A stretch of 64,000 nucleotides of DNA from Euprymna scolopes (lineage: Eukaryota). Numbering within the stretch: the first letter of the stretch is position 1; each line of letters begins with the position of its first letter. The stretch lies in assembly GCA_053919585.1 (NCBI GenBank), contig CM132784.1; one strand, written 5' to 3'. This document shows positions 24,906 to 37,837 of the stretch, piece after piece. The position numbers and the translations under genes were made by a program. The notes under the pieces were generated by a model, which worked only from the letters and a program-made list of their open reading frames with translations, ran no database searches and had not been told where the DNA came from.

Positions 24906-25800
24906 TTTTTTTATTACATTTTCACCCCAAACAAGGCACATTGCCATTTTGATGTAGGGGGCTGCTACCAGGAACCTAAGTTGCAGGGATACTATGTAGA
25001 GAGTTTAACAGCAAGATGTCTGTTCATATTACACTTGAACTTCTGCATGTCAGTACAGTTAGGGAAGCAGGAAACTGGAAAGGATTCCAAAGTCTAGCAG
25101 TTCTGGAAAGAAGCTATTAGAGTAGAAGGCTTTCTTACAACTAAGAATCTCTACTGTGTAGGGGTGGAACTTCGCTGCTTGTCAGATTTGTTGGGGTATT
25201 TTTGTTGAGGAGGTTCAAGGGCTTGCAGTTCATGAGAGCATCCACCATTAAAATACTTGTAAAACAGGCAGAGAGATGCAACATTTCGTCGATGGGACAA
25301 GAGCTGAAGCTTAGATGACAGCTTGGGACCTATTAGGTTGGCAACCCTCTTTTGGACCCTGTCCAGGAGCGAGAGACTAATAGCAGATGCACCAGCCCAA
25401 ATGTGACAGCAGTACTCCATGCATGAGCGAATGGTGGCTTTATAAAGATACAGGATACTTTCAGGCATATGTAACTTTCTAGCACGGCAGAGAGAGCCCA
25501 CCTTCTTCGCAGCAACCTTGGCAATGATCTCGATGTATCTATTTCAACTTTTTTTTTTTACACTGTGGTCACCACTTATCCAGGCCCGGAAGCCACTCAG
25601 GGATAAGGGTTATTGCAAGTACAGTACATTAGTGTGGAGATTTGATGAAGTGTTTACTTAAGGGGGCGGTTCATTAGGAATTTGTTTACGTTGGACTTGA
25701 AGACATCCAAGTTGTAGTCAGGTGGGGAGCAGGCAGACGGAACTCATGTTTCCTGTGAACGTTAAGCCAAGGAGCTTCGTTATCTTTCAGTGACTCCTGT
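24906..25800 (-). mobile_element. 3' part of the same LINE family as 7845-10110, antisense, interrupted by a nested insertion
   Basis: ORF 25151-25501 (YKATIRSCMEYCCHIWAGAS...) and near-identical 3' end ggggtgaaaatgtaataaaaaaa. Confidence 0.92.
25549..25740 (-). mobile_element. Nested ~190-bp 5'-truncated LINE (family of 30776-31770)
   Basis: polyT at 25549-25559, 3'UTR matches 30790-30852, encodes PSACSPPDYNLDVFKSNVNK; flanked by duplicated aact. Confidence 0.75.
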
Positions 25801-26155
25801 AGACAGAATCCTCTTAAAACAATTCAGAGTTTTTCATAATATTAGCTACTATTTCCTTTTTTTTTTTTTTTTTTTTTTTTTTTGTAGAGGGGCAAAAAGG
25901 AGGCTTAAGGCAGTAAAAATAAAGTAATATGGTATTATACATATAGTGAAAAAGTATATTATGATCCTCATCCCAAGCAACTCTCTCAATCTGAATAGAG
26001 GGAATGATTTTTTTTAAATTATAATTCTAAAGTTACAAATGTTAATTTAAATATAATAAAAGAAAATTGTCTGCTTCATCAAATTTTATATGAAAAAGAT
26101 GTTTCATGATTTTAGTGTTTATGATAATCATGAGAAAAATTTTTTTTTTCTTCAG

Positions 26156-26312
26156 ATTTATTAAACTGTTGAATCGAGGAATTAATTCCTGCTCCCGCTG
26201 TGATCTAGTTTTTAAACCCCAACCACATTCAGAACTTGCAAAGAAACGGGAAGAAAGAGAGAAGAAAATTTTACAAACGGCTGCTGCTGTTAAAGAAGAG
26301 AAAATTCAGCCG
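26156..26312 (+). CDS. RERE: RERE exon 8: conserved atrophin motif
   Basis: ttcttcag| ... CCG|gtaagt; IFIKLLNRGINSCSRCDLVFKPQPHSELAKKREERE. Confidence 0.94.
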
Positions 26313-27096
26313 GTAAGTTGGAGATTTGCAAGGGGAAATTTCCGCTTCCACATTTTCCTTTTGTTTGCAATTTACTTTCAACATAACATTTATAAGCTAA
26401 ACAATATTTGTATAATGTTCTTATGAGGTATTATTTAATTTCAATTTGATGTTCTGCTTTACTTACTGATGCATGTACAAACCGTTATACACTAGTCTTG
26501 AATTCAGATTCTGTACTGTCTAGGATGCCGACGTTTATTAAATAAAACAGAAGTCAAAGAAAAAAATCAGTGATGGGTTACTTGCTTGTGCATGAATGAG
26601 TAAAAAACAAACATGAATATTATGAATTGTCTTGCTATGGTTAGCTACATTGTACGCACCTGCTGTCCATTAGGCACAGTTCCTTGAAGTATTTCCAGAA
26701 AAACATAAAAATCTCCACCTGGTATTGATGACTTTTGTTTTGGGGATTACTTATGACCCATACATGTCACTCACTTTTCCATTCAAATAATGGCTTTCAT
26801 TATGCTATATTAGATTTTGATTTTTAAAATCATTTAGCAAATTATGTCAACATTAAAATTCATAATTTTCCTATAGTGTTGTTTTTTTTATTGAACTTTG
26901 TCAAATTTTCATTCCATATTTATGTCATCTATATTGAATTTACTTCAGCAAAACAATTTAGAAGTATTTTCTTTGGATAAAGTTGCATCTGACTTGAAGA
27001 TTTCCATGTTTTCTTTTCACTTTCAAACTAAAATGTGTCATTAGCTATTCTTAACATTTAAGTAATCACTTTATTTTATTCTATTTTTTATTTTAG

Positions 27097-27271
27097 CAAA
27101 AACGAATTGATACACCAGTCAAGTCCAGCTCGTCTGAGGCACAAGTTACCAGTACTCTATCATCTCAGCATGGGCCATATGGCAATGAAAGGATGACTCC
27201 GCGTCCCTATCCAAGCCACGATACTCCAGCATTAAGACAGCTCAGTGAATACGCTCGACCACATACATTAG
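27097..27271 (+). CDS. RERE: RERE exon 9
   Basis: ttttag| ... G|gtgagt; ...HDTPALRQLSEYARPHTL (atrophin signature). Confidence 0.94.
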
Positions 27272-28491
27272 GTGAGTAAAAAAAAAGAAAAATACAATCA
27301 ATTTTTGTTATTTAAAAAATACTACAACTTCCTTCCTTTCAACAGAATTTGATATTTATCTGAGGTGTTATTTAAAATATTTGTTTTTAATTTAACTATT
27401 TTTCTTTAGATAGATTTTTTCATTTTAGTTAACATTTTTACATTTCTATAGTTATATAAAAAAAATCAGACCAAGCTCTAGTTATAAATAAGATATCCTA
27501 CTGGGCACATGGCTTCATGAATAAAGACATTGATTACGAGATGAGTAAATGTTACCTTAATGCTAAGAATGAATCAGTTGAACTACTGTGATCATATGGA
27601 ATGTTCGCCTTCTTGGATAAATTGTTGCAGAAGCATTGATATCTTGAATCGCAGGATGGTTAGCTTGCCAATGAGAAATTGAGAGCAAGTGACTAGACAA
27701 GACCATAGCGAGTGGAATGTAAATACAACTAACCTGCTGAGCAGAAGAATTGAAGAGTAAACTTGCAAAATATCAAAAGTAAATGTTTGACCTCTGAGCT
27801 ATGGAAAAGTGATGTTCAATGAATAGAAAGTGGCTATGAAATCAATCATTTGTTAACAAAAATCGACTAATACAAAATATCCAAAATGCACCCAATGCAG
27901 AAGGACAGTAGTCTGCTCCAATAGATTTAAACTAAGAGTTTAGTTTGAAATTTACAAAAGAGTATTACAGTAAAGGACACCTGAGAAAGTTTGGAAAGTA
28001 ATAACAAATGGTAATGAAGTTATGACAAAATCAATACATACAAATAATGTAAATGTTAGTAGGAATTTTCATAAGTTCAGTTTGAATACTATTTAAAAAA
28101 TATATTGTTTAGGAAAGTTTTCAGGCTAAAAATTACATAAAGAAACAGATAAATGTTCAGATCATAATTGTTTTGTGAATGCAAGGAAATCTGAAGCTCA
28201 ACATCAAATATTTATTTCTTGTCTAGAAATTTTACACTAAATAAAATCTTTCTAAATTAAATGAAGTCTTCATTACAGAAAACTATTTGATAATTTTTTA
28301 CTTCAAACTTCTGTATCTATTTTCACTAAATTTTATCAAATATGCTGCATTTTGTAAGTTCCAAGCAAATATCAAACCAAATGTTTGTCTTAATAAAAAG
28401 AAAAAACATTTCCTTTGGCCATCTTCTATAGCAATAACTCTAAACCTTTTTTGAGGTCATGGAACTCTAAAGTCATCCCACTGAGTACTTT

Positions 28492-28530
<39 letters not shown>

Positions 28531-29119
28531 TTGCTATAATGGATATTTTGTGCTTGTATGTACCAAAAACTCTGAATATTATTTAATGTCCTTACATGTT
28601 AAATAAATTACCAATTAAATATAATGACTAATGTTAGTTAACCTCCTGATTATTATTTTTACTTATTTATTTATTTTTTGTTAATAATATTCTGGTTTTT
28701 GGATAGAAACATGCATGAATTTCTATTGTATGAATTATTTTATTCATCTAAGCAATGAAGGATTTTCTAATAAACTATCTTATGATTAAAATTTTCACAA
28801 ATTTGGAGAAATATGTTTATAAATTTGTAATTTGCTTATGATTTAAATCTCATTAAAATCAAAGATATAAAGAAATGGAATAAGTATAAGAGCAAGTTGT
28901 TTGTAAAAGTGTGTGCTTTCAGCGATGCCGGATATGATGTTTGTCAAACCCATTGCTAGCTAATCACAATGCCGAATCAGTCCTTTTTGCTTTTTAAAGA
29001 ATATTTTTGACATGTTTAATAACTGAATATTTTTTTTAATTTACTTTATCACTTTTGATCCTCCATTCTATATTTCATGATATATTTTTGTTTGATGACA
29101 AAATTTTTTCGCTTTCCAG

Positions 29120-29231
29120 GTCAAGATTATGCAAGATCTGGACCATATGGATTATCTACCCTGCCTCCACACATGGATCCTATGCTACATTATAGATTAG
29201 CATCAGTTTATCCAAGTGGATCTCGAGAAAG
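29120..29231 (+). CDS. RERE: RERE exon 10
   Basis: tttccag| ... AG|gtatgt; GQDYARSGPYGLSTLPPHMDPMLHYRLASVYPSGSRER. Confidence 0.9.
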
Positions 29232-30214
29232 GTATGTCATCTACTTTTTTTTATGTAGGCAGAGCAAACATTTTGTTTATGTCTGTAAAACCGGCACCAA
29301 TGTGTGTGGGTGTTCCATCATAACTGTATTTACAGGATCTGAAAGATAGCAGCTGTTCTTAACACCAGACATTATAGTGCTTGAACGATGTTGCCTGTTG
29401 AGTGTTGAGAATGAATTATCCTTGCATTTTGTCTTCATTGGTTTTAACATATAATTGCAAGAAATGATCACTACATGTCCAAGCAAATACTTTACAAAGA
29501 AGTTACAACTGTTAGATATTGTCTAACCCTAATTAAGGTTTTACTGTCTCTAGTAAACTTATAGGAATACAGGCATCTATGTGAAGGACTGAGAAAAACT
29601 TGTTTCCAAGAGACTTGGCTGGTGAGCCACCATTAGTTTGAGTGCAACCAGATTAAAAACCAATAATTGAAATGTTTGAAAGGTTTCATTTGAGTCTGTT
29701 AACATCCAAACTAGAGAAAATCTGGAAGAGTGTTTCCCTAATCTGGCTGAGTAAGTTGTCTGAGAAGACTAAAAAAAACATAAGCAGACGTTACCAACCA
29801 TTGTTTATATATGTCTGTGTATATTGTGTAACAAGGTCTTCAGAAGTCTCAGTAGATTGAAGAATCATATTTATGCTTGCAGCCTCTCTGGTGCTTGAAA
29901 ATTAGTTTATTCCTGGAAATGCTTTTGCTCATGTGCAAGTTGACAACCAACATATATCAAATATATAAATTGGGTTAAAATTTAGACTTATTTTTGTGTT
30001 ATATATAATTAATAATAGTAAATATCCTTAGGCAATTTAATTTACATCACCTGCATCATAATGCACATTTTGAGTCGATTTAAAATTAAAAAAAAATTAT
30101 GTACTAATGTAAAACTAGTAGGCAAGTTGGTGTCTAGTATAATATATATATTTATAAGCATTGTGTTAGAATAACTTGGATATTGTGAATTCAGAGGAAG
30201 ATTAAATCAATACA

Positions 30215-30440
30215 GTATAGAGAGATGTATACAGAAAGACTTTGATGGTATGGTTATGTTGAAAAAAAATGGTCAGTTATCCTGTTAAGGCCAAGAAAAA
30301 CATGAAAAGGAAGTGATAAGGATGCAGTTGAGAGAACCTGTGGTAAATACTTGACCAGAGATTTGTTAGCTTGGAAGTCAATTTCTAAAAGCCGTTGAAC
30401 ACCTACCACCATGTAAAATGGATATAAAACTGAATATGAT
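30215..30440 (+). mobile_element. RTE-like LINE 3' remnant
   Basis: agactttgatggtatggttatgttg (RLxWYGyV), ggccaagaaaaacatg (RPRKTW-like) and a 3' tail. Confidence 0.45.
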
Positions 30441-30775
30441 AAGTGTTATCATATTTATAAGAATAGTATTCAATATCTCTGATAGTGTATGTCTAATTTT
30501 GAATGGTGTAATAGCTATTGTTGCTTATGAGATTCAATTTTTATTGAATCTGTTGTGGTCATTTACATATAATGTTTGGAAAGGTATGAACACACAATCT
30601 CCCCAAAATTATTGATAAAAATACAAACTACGCATATACAATGATTCGTTCACACTAGGTAGTTTTTCAGCATTAAATAACCCCAAAACAACTATGACAA
30701 ACAAAACATTCTAATACTAGATCAAATTCATAACTAGTAAATGTGATTTTGATTGAAAGATTTAGTACTAAGTTG

Positions 30776-31770
30776 TTTTTTTTATATAGGAGTCACCATT
30801 TATCAAGGCATGGAGGCCACTTAAGGATAAGGGTTAATGAGTGTACATTAGTCAATAGGATAATATCATAGTAATTGTTAGTAATGGAAATTTTTTGAAT
30901 TGGATTACATCAAGAAATTGTAAGTTGGAAAGCAGGCAAATGGAACAGTTCCACAGGCAGGCAGTTCTAAGAAAGTTGTCCATGGAATCTACATTTAGGT
31001 TTAGCACATTGGGGCAAATTATTGATAGTGGTTTCAATCAGCTAGACGAGTGTTTTTCATGAAGGTTTGGCGAGGAGGGGACCATAGATTGGAGCTCAGA
31101 TGATCACTTGCCATGGAAATAACGATAAACCAGAGACAGGCTTGCAACGTCTCTTCTGTGGGAAAAAGGTTGCAGGGAAGAGAAAAGGGCATCCCCCACT
31201 AGTCTATGAAGTCTATTTTGAACTCTGTCAAGGCAGGATAAGGTATTTCTAGTAGCTCCTGTCCAGATGTGGCAACAGTACTCCATCCTTGGACGTACCT
31301 GGCTTTTATATAGGTAGAGAATTGCATCAGCAGTGAGATATCTTCTGGAGTGGTAGGATTCCACCATTTTTCCAGCAACCTTGTCAACAGATTTGATGTA
31401 CGTGTTCCATATCAGATCAGGAGTAAAGGTGAAGCCCAGAAGCTTGTCAAAACATAGTCTCCCCAATATGGGAGCCATTCATTTTAATTGATGCCAGACG
31501 GGGATCAGTGTTGATGATGTAAAGATAGAATCTTGGTTTTAGATGCATTAAAAGTAACTAGCCACCTCTTTCCCCATTGTACAACGTGCTCAAGATCAGA
31601 CGAGAGAGAATCAGAGAGAACTTGGTCATTTATGGCCTTTGATGTGTTGTCATAGATGGTAGTGTCAGCATAAATATCTATGAATGATCTTGGGATGTGA
31701 TATGTAGATCAGGAAGAGAGTTGGGTCTGCGAGACTATCATTTATACTGTGAGTTTGTTTAGAAAGGATT
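30776..31770 (-). mobile_element. 5'-truncated LINE (related subfamily), decayed RT
   Basis: IYADTTI, QWGKRWLVTFNASKTK, LYLYKSQVRPRMEYCCHIW, HRRDVASLSLVYRYFHGK. Confidence 0.88.
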
Positions 31771-32792
31771 GATGTGGTTAAGAACAAAAGCAATTAAATT
31801 TCTTATTATTGCTTAAAAGAAATTTAACCATGCAAGGACTTTTGGAAGTTGTAGTACATGATTGTGCATTGAGAGTTTGAATTGTCAACTTCTCTAAATC
31901 ATGGTGGCATGTCAGTTCTCATAGATATCTAAATGGGTACCAACCTTATGTCTCATTACAGACTGGTTCAAACCATCTGATCCACTAAATACTTTAAGCA
32001 ACAATCCAATAAATCTTTATTCTGTGCAAATGTATCAAGGTACACAAATTTTTCGTAAGCATTCCAGAGGAATAAAATAACTGAAACCCTCAATTCTTTC
32101 ATGTTTAGTTTTTACTGGAGATAAGTAGTCAAGCCCACCCATAACAAAAGCTGCCTACAAAGAAACGTGTTTATATCGCCATATCCATACCTCATGAAGA
32201 GTTACGTTTACAACTTGATATGCTATTTATGCTAAAACTATATCACATGTCTCAAACATTGACCAATTTTGGACTTAAATTGTATGTTTTATATTAACCT
32301 TATTTCTGGCATTTTATATTCTTTATGGCACTCTTAAATCAGCTGCTTGTTATTTAAAAAAGAAGAGGACAACTTAAGTAATTGACAATTTATATTAGTA
32401 TTCTATTTTCAAACTATTTATTTTCCACCTTTTTGTAGTGTGGAAGCAAGGTTATATGCCTCAAGGTAATTATTCCATAACTCTTTGTTTTACATAAAAA
32501 AAAAAAAAAAACTTGGAGTGGCTATGAATTCTGTTAACTAGTTTGCAGCTTTCTTATTACTATAACCGTTTTCTTTAATATAATGAATACTTATGGTACT
32601 GCTTACCTCGATTAAAAAATATTGCTTCTTTATGGCCTGACATTCTTCCCACCCCATGTCTGCTAGTTCAATATGCAATCTGGAGCAGGGTTTTAGATGA
32701 GAGCGGGTTCAATTAAAATGAATATTTTTAATTAAAATATATATAATAATGATGATTCTTATAGCTTGTGCTTGGCTTTTTTTTTTCTTTTA

Positions 32793-32830
<38 letters not shown>

Positions 32831-33370
32831 CCCACTAGCTCTCAGATTCAATTATTGTAAGCTATCTGAATTTCACACTATGTAAGTTGAGGACTTCATA
32901 ATCATGGAACTTTTTGTATTTTTTGTTTTCAAATTTTATTGAACTTTCATGAGAAAAGTTGGATAGCATCTATTTTATATCTCTATCAAAGAGCTTCAAA
33001 GATATGACCCTTTGACCTTTGTCAAAAATATTAATTTTTCAAAGATGGAAGCAAAATTTAAAAATCAATATTTGTGCATCCACAAAATTTGTTTATATAC
33101 CATTTTAAAGTATTTGAATAAATTTAAAATGTGATCTGTGTTTTTGTGTTGAGATCTTTAAATTATTAACTTAAAAAGATGGATTCCATTCATTTATGTA
33201 ATTTCTGTAAGCAATACTTTAACATTCCTTTTTAAAGAAAATAATTAAATAACTCTTTGATTGATGAATAATGAGTGTTTCTTAATGTTACCCACTGAGT
33301 AAATGTTGTTCATTAGCTTTTTTTATCACCATTCATCTCGTTACATTATTAACTGCCTTAAGAAAACATA

Positions 33371-33985
33371 TCTCTACTATTATATAAAACGAACTTTGTC
33401 TGTGTGTCTGTTACTTCAGTCCCTATGGACTTGATAGGTTTTGTGTCAGAATGTCTTCGAGAAGTATCGATACTTGATAACGAAATAATCCAATGAAAGA
33501 AGGACAGGCGATTTGACCAAACTTAGCATTTTAGACAGCCCAACATCACAAGTGCATTTGAGAAGTTTTATTACCACACAGTCCGAAACGCTCAACATAT
33601 ACAATCAGCAAGTTCTTTTTGATATGTAAAGGGTGCATTCGAAATGAATGTTTCTGTTTAAAGCACAATTTCACAATGATATTTGACTTTTTCATTTTGA
33701 ACTTTAATTCAATCTATTATATATAAAAATAATTTTATAAAATTAACAGTAGGTTCTATACAGTGTAATGTAGACTACAATATATTGTGTGAACTAAGTC
33801 ACTGTGGAAAGGCATGTGAAGCTTCCTCCAGGTGCATAACGATGGACTCTTAATTAGAGCAGGCAATCAATCAATTTGGTTGGAAAATGGGCTAGTTCAT
33901 CAATTTCAATGACAAAAAAATATGGGAGTGTGAAATATTTGTTGATTATTACTCGATCCTGGGTAACTTCGGGTCATCCTGCTAG
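33371..33985 (+). mobile_element. Non-autonomous Helitron
   Basis: a|TCtctactattatataaaac..tgtctgtgtgtc 5' end; cctgggtaacttcgggtcatcctgCTAG|t 3' end. Confidence 0.7.
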
Positions 33986-34002
33986 TATATATATATATAT
34001 GT

Positions 34003-34100
34003 TGTTTTATCTGTTTGGTTACATATGTTTCAGATGTTGGACCATGTTTACTGTTAGATCATAAACATGGTCCAACATATGTAACCAAACAGATAAAACA
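34003..34100. repeat. Hairpin: 23 bp + 16 bp perfect stems, 9-nt bulge, 11-nt loop
   Basis: tgttttatctgtttggttacata / tatgtaaccaaacagataaaaca and tgttggaccatgttta / taaacatggtccaaca. Confidence 0.92.
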
Positions 34101-34461
34101 TAATAATAAAAAATACAAATAAAAAATAAAACACATATTTGCTCTGCAATAGTATTGAGCACTCTCTTTGGGTTTTTACTAATTACCAGTTTTACCAAAT
34201 ATATATATCTACATATAATTAAAACACATATGTATTCATAAAAAGTAATTAAACTTATTTGGCCTTTCTCCAATTTACACTCACTCCTTCTCACATAAGT
34301 GCCTGCTGCTTTTTCACCCCCTTTCTTTCACGATAAACATTAGACAGGTGAAGCTTTTGTGCATGACATTGTCTGAAAATCAAAAAGAAAATTGAACAAC
34401 TTTACCTAAATAACGAGCATACAAATAGAGAGACCAAAAATTAAAAATAACTATTTGTTAG

Positions 34462-35695
34462 TTCTTAAATGAAAGAAAAAGGTGTATTTCCCCTGTTATT
34501 ATTTTAGTAAAAACTAATTACTATTTCGTTATCTTCCTTATTAAAATATTTTATTTTTCTTACTAAAATGAAATGAAATTGTTAATTTTATTTTTTACAA
34601 GCATACCTGCTAATTATGTTATTTTTTTCATGCATACTTATTTTACCTTGTTATTATTTTAGTAAGAACGAATTACTATTTCATTATCTTTCTTACTAAA
34701 ATGAAATAAAGCGAAAGTAAATATCTTTTTCTTAATAGACCAGCCATCTAGTAAAAATCACTTCGCTTCAAATTCTGTAGAAGTTATCCATATTTTAAAG
34801 TGCTTGACAAGTATTGCTTATTGAGTTGGAATTTGACAATACTAGTGGAATAATACATTATTTATTGATTTTCTTTTCGTTCTAACTCAATTGGCTTGAC
34901 GTTCTTAGCCTTTGTAAGTGTAATATCTGTTCTTCAGATGCTACACTTTCAAGTTCTTGTTCTTTGTCAGTGGAGGAGAAATCCCTCACAACTAAGACAA
35001 TTTTGATTTTTGTTTCTTTCTTCATGTTAAAAAAAAAAAAAAGACCCTGGTGTCTAACTCTGCCCTTGTGGAGTGGCGAAGTAAATTGGAACTCAACAGG
35101 CTTGAGACTACTTTTGTTAATTTGATTTTTATGAAAAGTAAATACAGAAAAACAAAACATTTCATGAGAAAAGGCAAAATACATTGAAAAATAGCATAAA
35201 TGCAATGTAAGTAATTTATTTATATAAAATAAAATATTAACAGAAGTGTGTGAGTGCATAAAAGTCAGAAACTACACAAGATACAGTTACAAAATATGTA
35301 TGAGACTCAGTGTGAACTTGGCCTTGTTATGGAAATATGGTAAATACTATGCAAAATAAAATAATATTCATTCTCATGTGATCACTATGGACCAAAATGT
35401 AGAAACTGAGCATCCCTTTTCAAATCTCCAGATATTGTTCTACTAGTATTGGCACATTACACCTCAACAAGCAATACTTGTCATGCACTTTAAAATAGTG
35501 ATAACTTCTATAGAATTTGAACCAAAATGATTTTTGATGGGTGATCGGCCTATTGCGAAAAAGATATTTACTTTTGTTTTATTTCATTTTTGTAAGAAAG
35601 ATAATGAAATAGTAATTCGTTCTTACTAAAATAATAACAAGGAAAATACATCTTTTCTGGTAATGATAAAAATAATTTTTTTGTTCATTTAGAGT
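34462..35695. mobile_element. Non-autonomous DNA element with long (>230 bp) terminal inverted repeats
   Basis: 34645-34860 pairs with 35430-35645 (e.g. ttgttattattttagtaagaacgaattactatttcattatctttcttac is perfect); the left arm has an internal direct duplication. Confidence 0.8.
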
Positions 35696-37837
35696 TCCAG
35701 TTCGGTGTTTAAGTTTGATGGATACAGACAATTTTTTCAGTGTTGATTTGGCCAGGGTATTCAGATCGCGACATTTACCCCAAAGTGCAATATAAGAAGA
35801 GTATTATCAGCTCCAGACAGAATGTAAATAACGTTTAAAGCATCAACCAAAATACAAATGAACACAGAATGTCAACAAACCTGAACATGAAGAGAAACTT
35901 TAACTTATTGTTGCAGATAATGGATCTCCTAGAAATTTCTAATGTTCAAGCAGAAAAATGCAAGAATGATTCTGAAAGTGGAAACTCTATTATATAATAA
36001 TTCAGATCACAATTAAATACAAATAGTATCAAAAATGCAGTTTAATTGATATTTCATTTTAATAATCTGAAAATACACAAAAATAACATCAACTGGTCAG
36101 AACATCAAACATTCACTTTTAATTTAGATTTCTGCCAATGTATTTTATTTTTGAGTAGATTTTTAAATTTCAAAGAACAAGGAAAAATTCCATGATGGTT
36201 TACCTTCTGTCTTCTCACAAAACTACTTATCTACGTTTTTAAAATAAAACTAATCTTCTCATTTTAATTTAAAAAAGAAAAGTTTCCTTACTATTAAAAT
36301 ATTTACATTCTATTTTCTTCTTACTATTAAATTATTTTCTTTAAATAAATGTCACTTTAGTCGATGCCAATGATGTTTTATTCAATTTTGAAGTAATTAA
36401 TTTGGAAATCGGTAAACTTTAGCAAACTCTGCAACAATTTTTTTGCCCATTCCAATGTGGATTCTGCAATTGGCTGAATCAAGTTAAATAAAATCTATTG
36501 AGTTTTAGTTAGATTGCATATTAGTGAAAAAAATGATTATTCCTGCCTAGATATGTATAAAATGGCAAATTGTATGGGTGTTTTTCCATTATTAAATAGC
36601 ACAAAACTTGTTCATACACTAAACCAAGCCAAAAAGATTTGCTCTGGTCTATTTAGAAAATGTTATAATTTTGAACTGAGATCTTTTGTAAAAGTGTGTG
36701 CATCATTCCTGGGTTGTTTTTTCTTTTTCTAACATCCTATGAATTGCTGCTATGCTTACTGAAACTCCTGCATGATATAATACTTCCAAATATAGTGCCC
36801 CCTTTTTTTGGTGGGGGATTATGTACTTCCTTTCATGCATTAGCTTAAGAATTTGTTCACTTTTTAATCATTTTTCTTATTTTATACATTTTTTCACTTT
36901 TAATTGTTACAAATCTGTCATCTGATTGGAAAGAGGGAGACATATTTACAACTGTTTTTGATATAGGATTTTGAAAGTTTAATTTTTAATCATCTTATTG
37001 GGTTGTTAAGTTAATGCAACCATACTGTTATAAAACTATAACTAATTTTGTTCTGATAATGTTTGAACGCCTATTCATACAATTATTGGATCCAAATAGC
37101 TTTCACAGCTTTCTATACATGAGGATGTGTTAAGAATTTTAGAATCAGAAACAACTTTCTATTCAACAGTTTAAATACTTTCTAAGTCCTTTCAAAGTTT
37201 AAAGGTTCCTTTATTCAAGTAAGTCATGTGTTTTTGTTTCAACTATTAATAAAATATTAAAACAACTGACATGTTTACAAAGAACCCAAAAGCCCTTTGA
37301 GTGAATTTAATTTTGTAATTATTTTTTCTTTAAATAGTTGATTCCTAATCAAAATAAATGTGTGGTGGTCACATAATTTTATTAGTATAGAGGTTTCAAG
37401 TTAATAGATTTACCTCCACATAATAGAAAATATTCTTCCTTTTTATAATTTATGTGTATGAAAAGATAAACGAAAGAAGTGGATAGACCAAATAATAGAA
37501 TCAACTGATATGATTTTATATTTTCTTTTTATTATCAGAAATGAGTAAAGAAAATGAGTTGTTATAAAATTTTTACTCAAATGAAGGTAGGCAGAAAACA
37601 AAAAAGAGTATAATTGGATGTGAAATTTCATTACTTTCACATGTACAGAAGTGATTTAGGAGAGGAAGAAAAAAGACGATAAACAAGATGGGGGCAATCT
37701 TTGTCAAATAAAATTACATGAAGTGGGGGTATACATAAAAAAAGGAAAATAATGTTGTTGGCTTCAAGAAATAAAATGTGTTGAACATTTTTGTACCTAA
37801 AAATTGATTGAACAAAACGATTGTGTATGTGTATATA

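Noticed and set aside
27960-28060. Fourth possible Penelope-tail fragment (gacacctgagaaag...)
   Set aside because: Too degenerate to assign.
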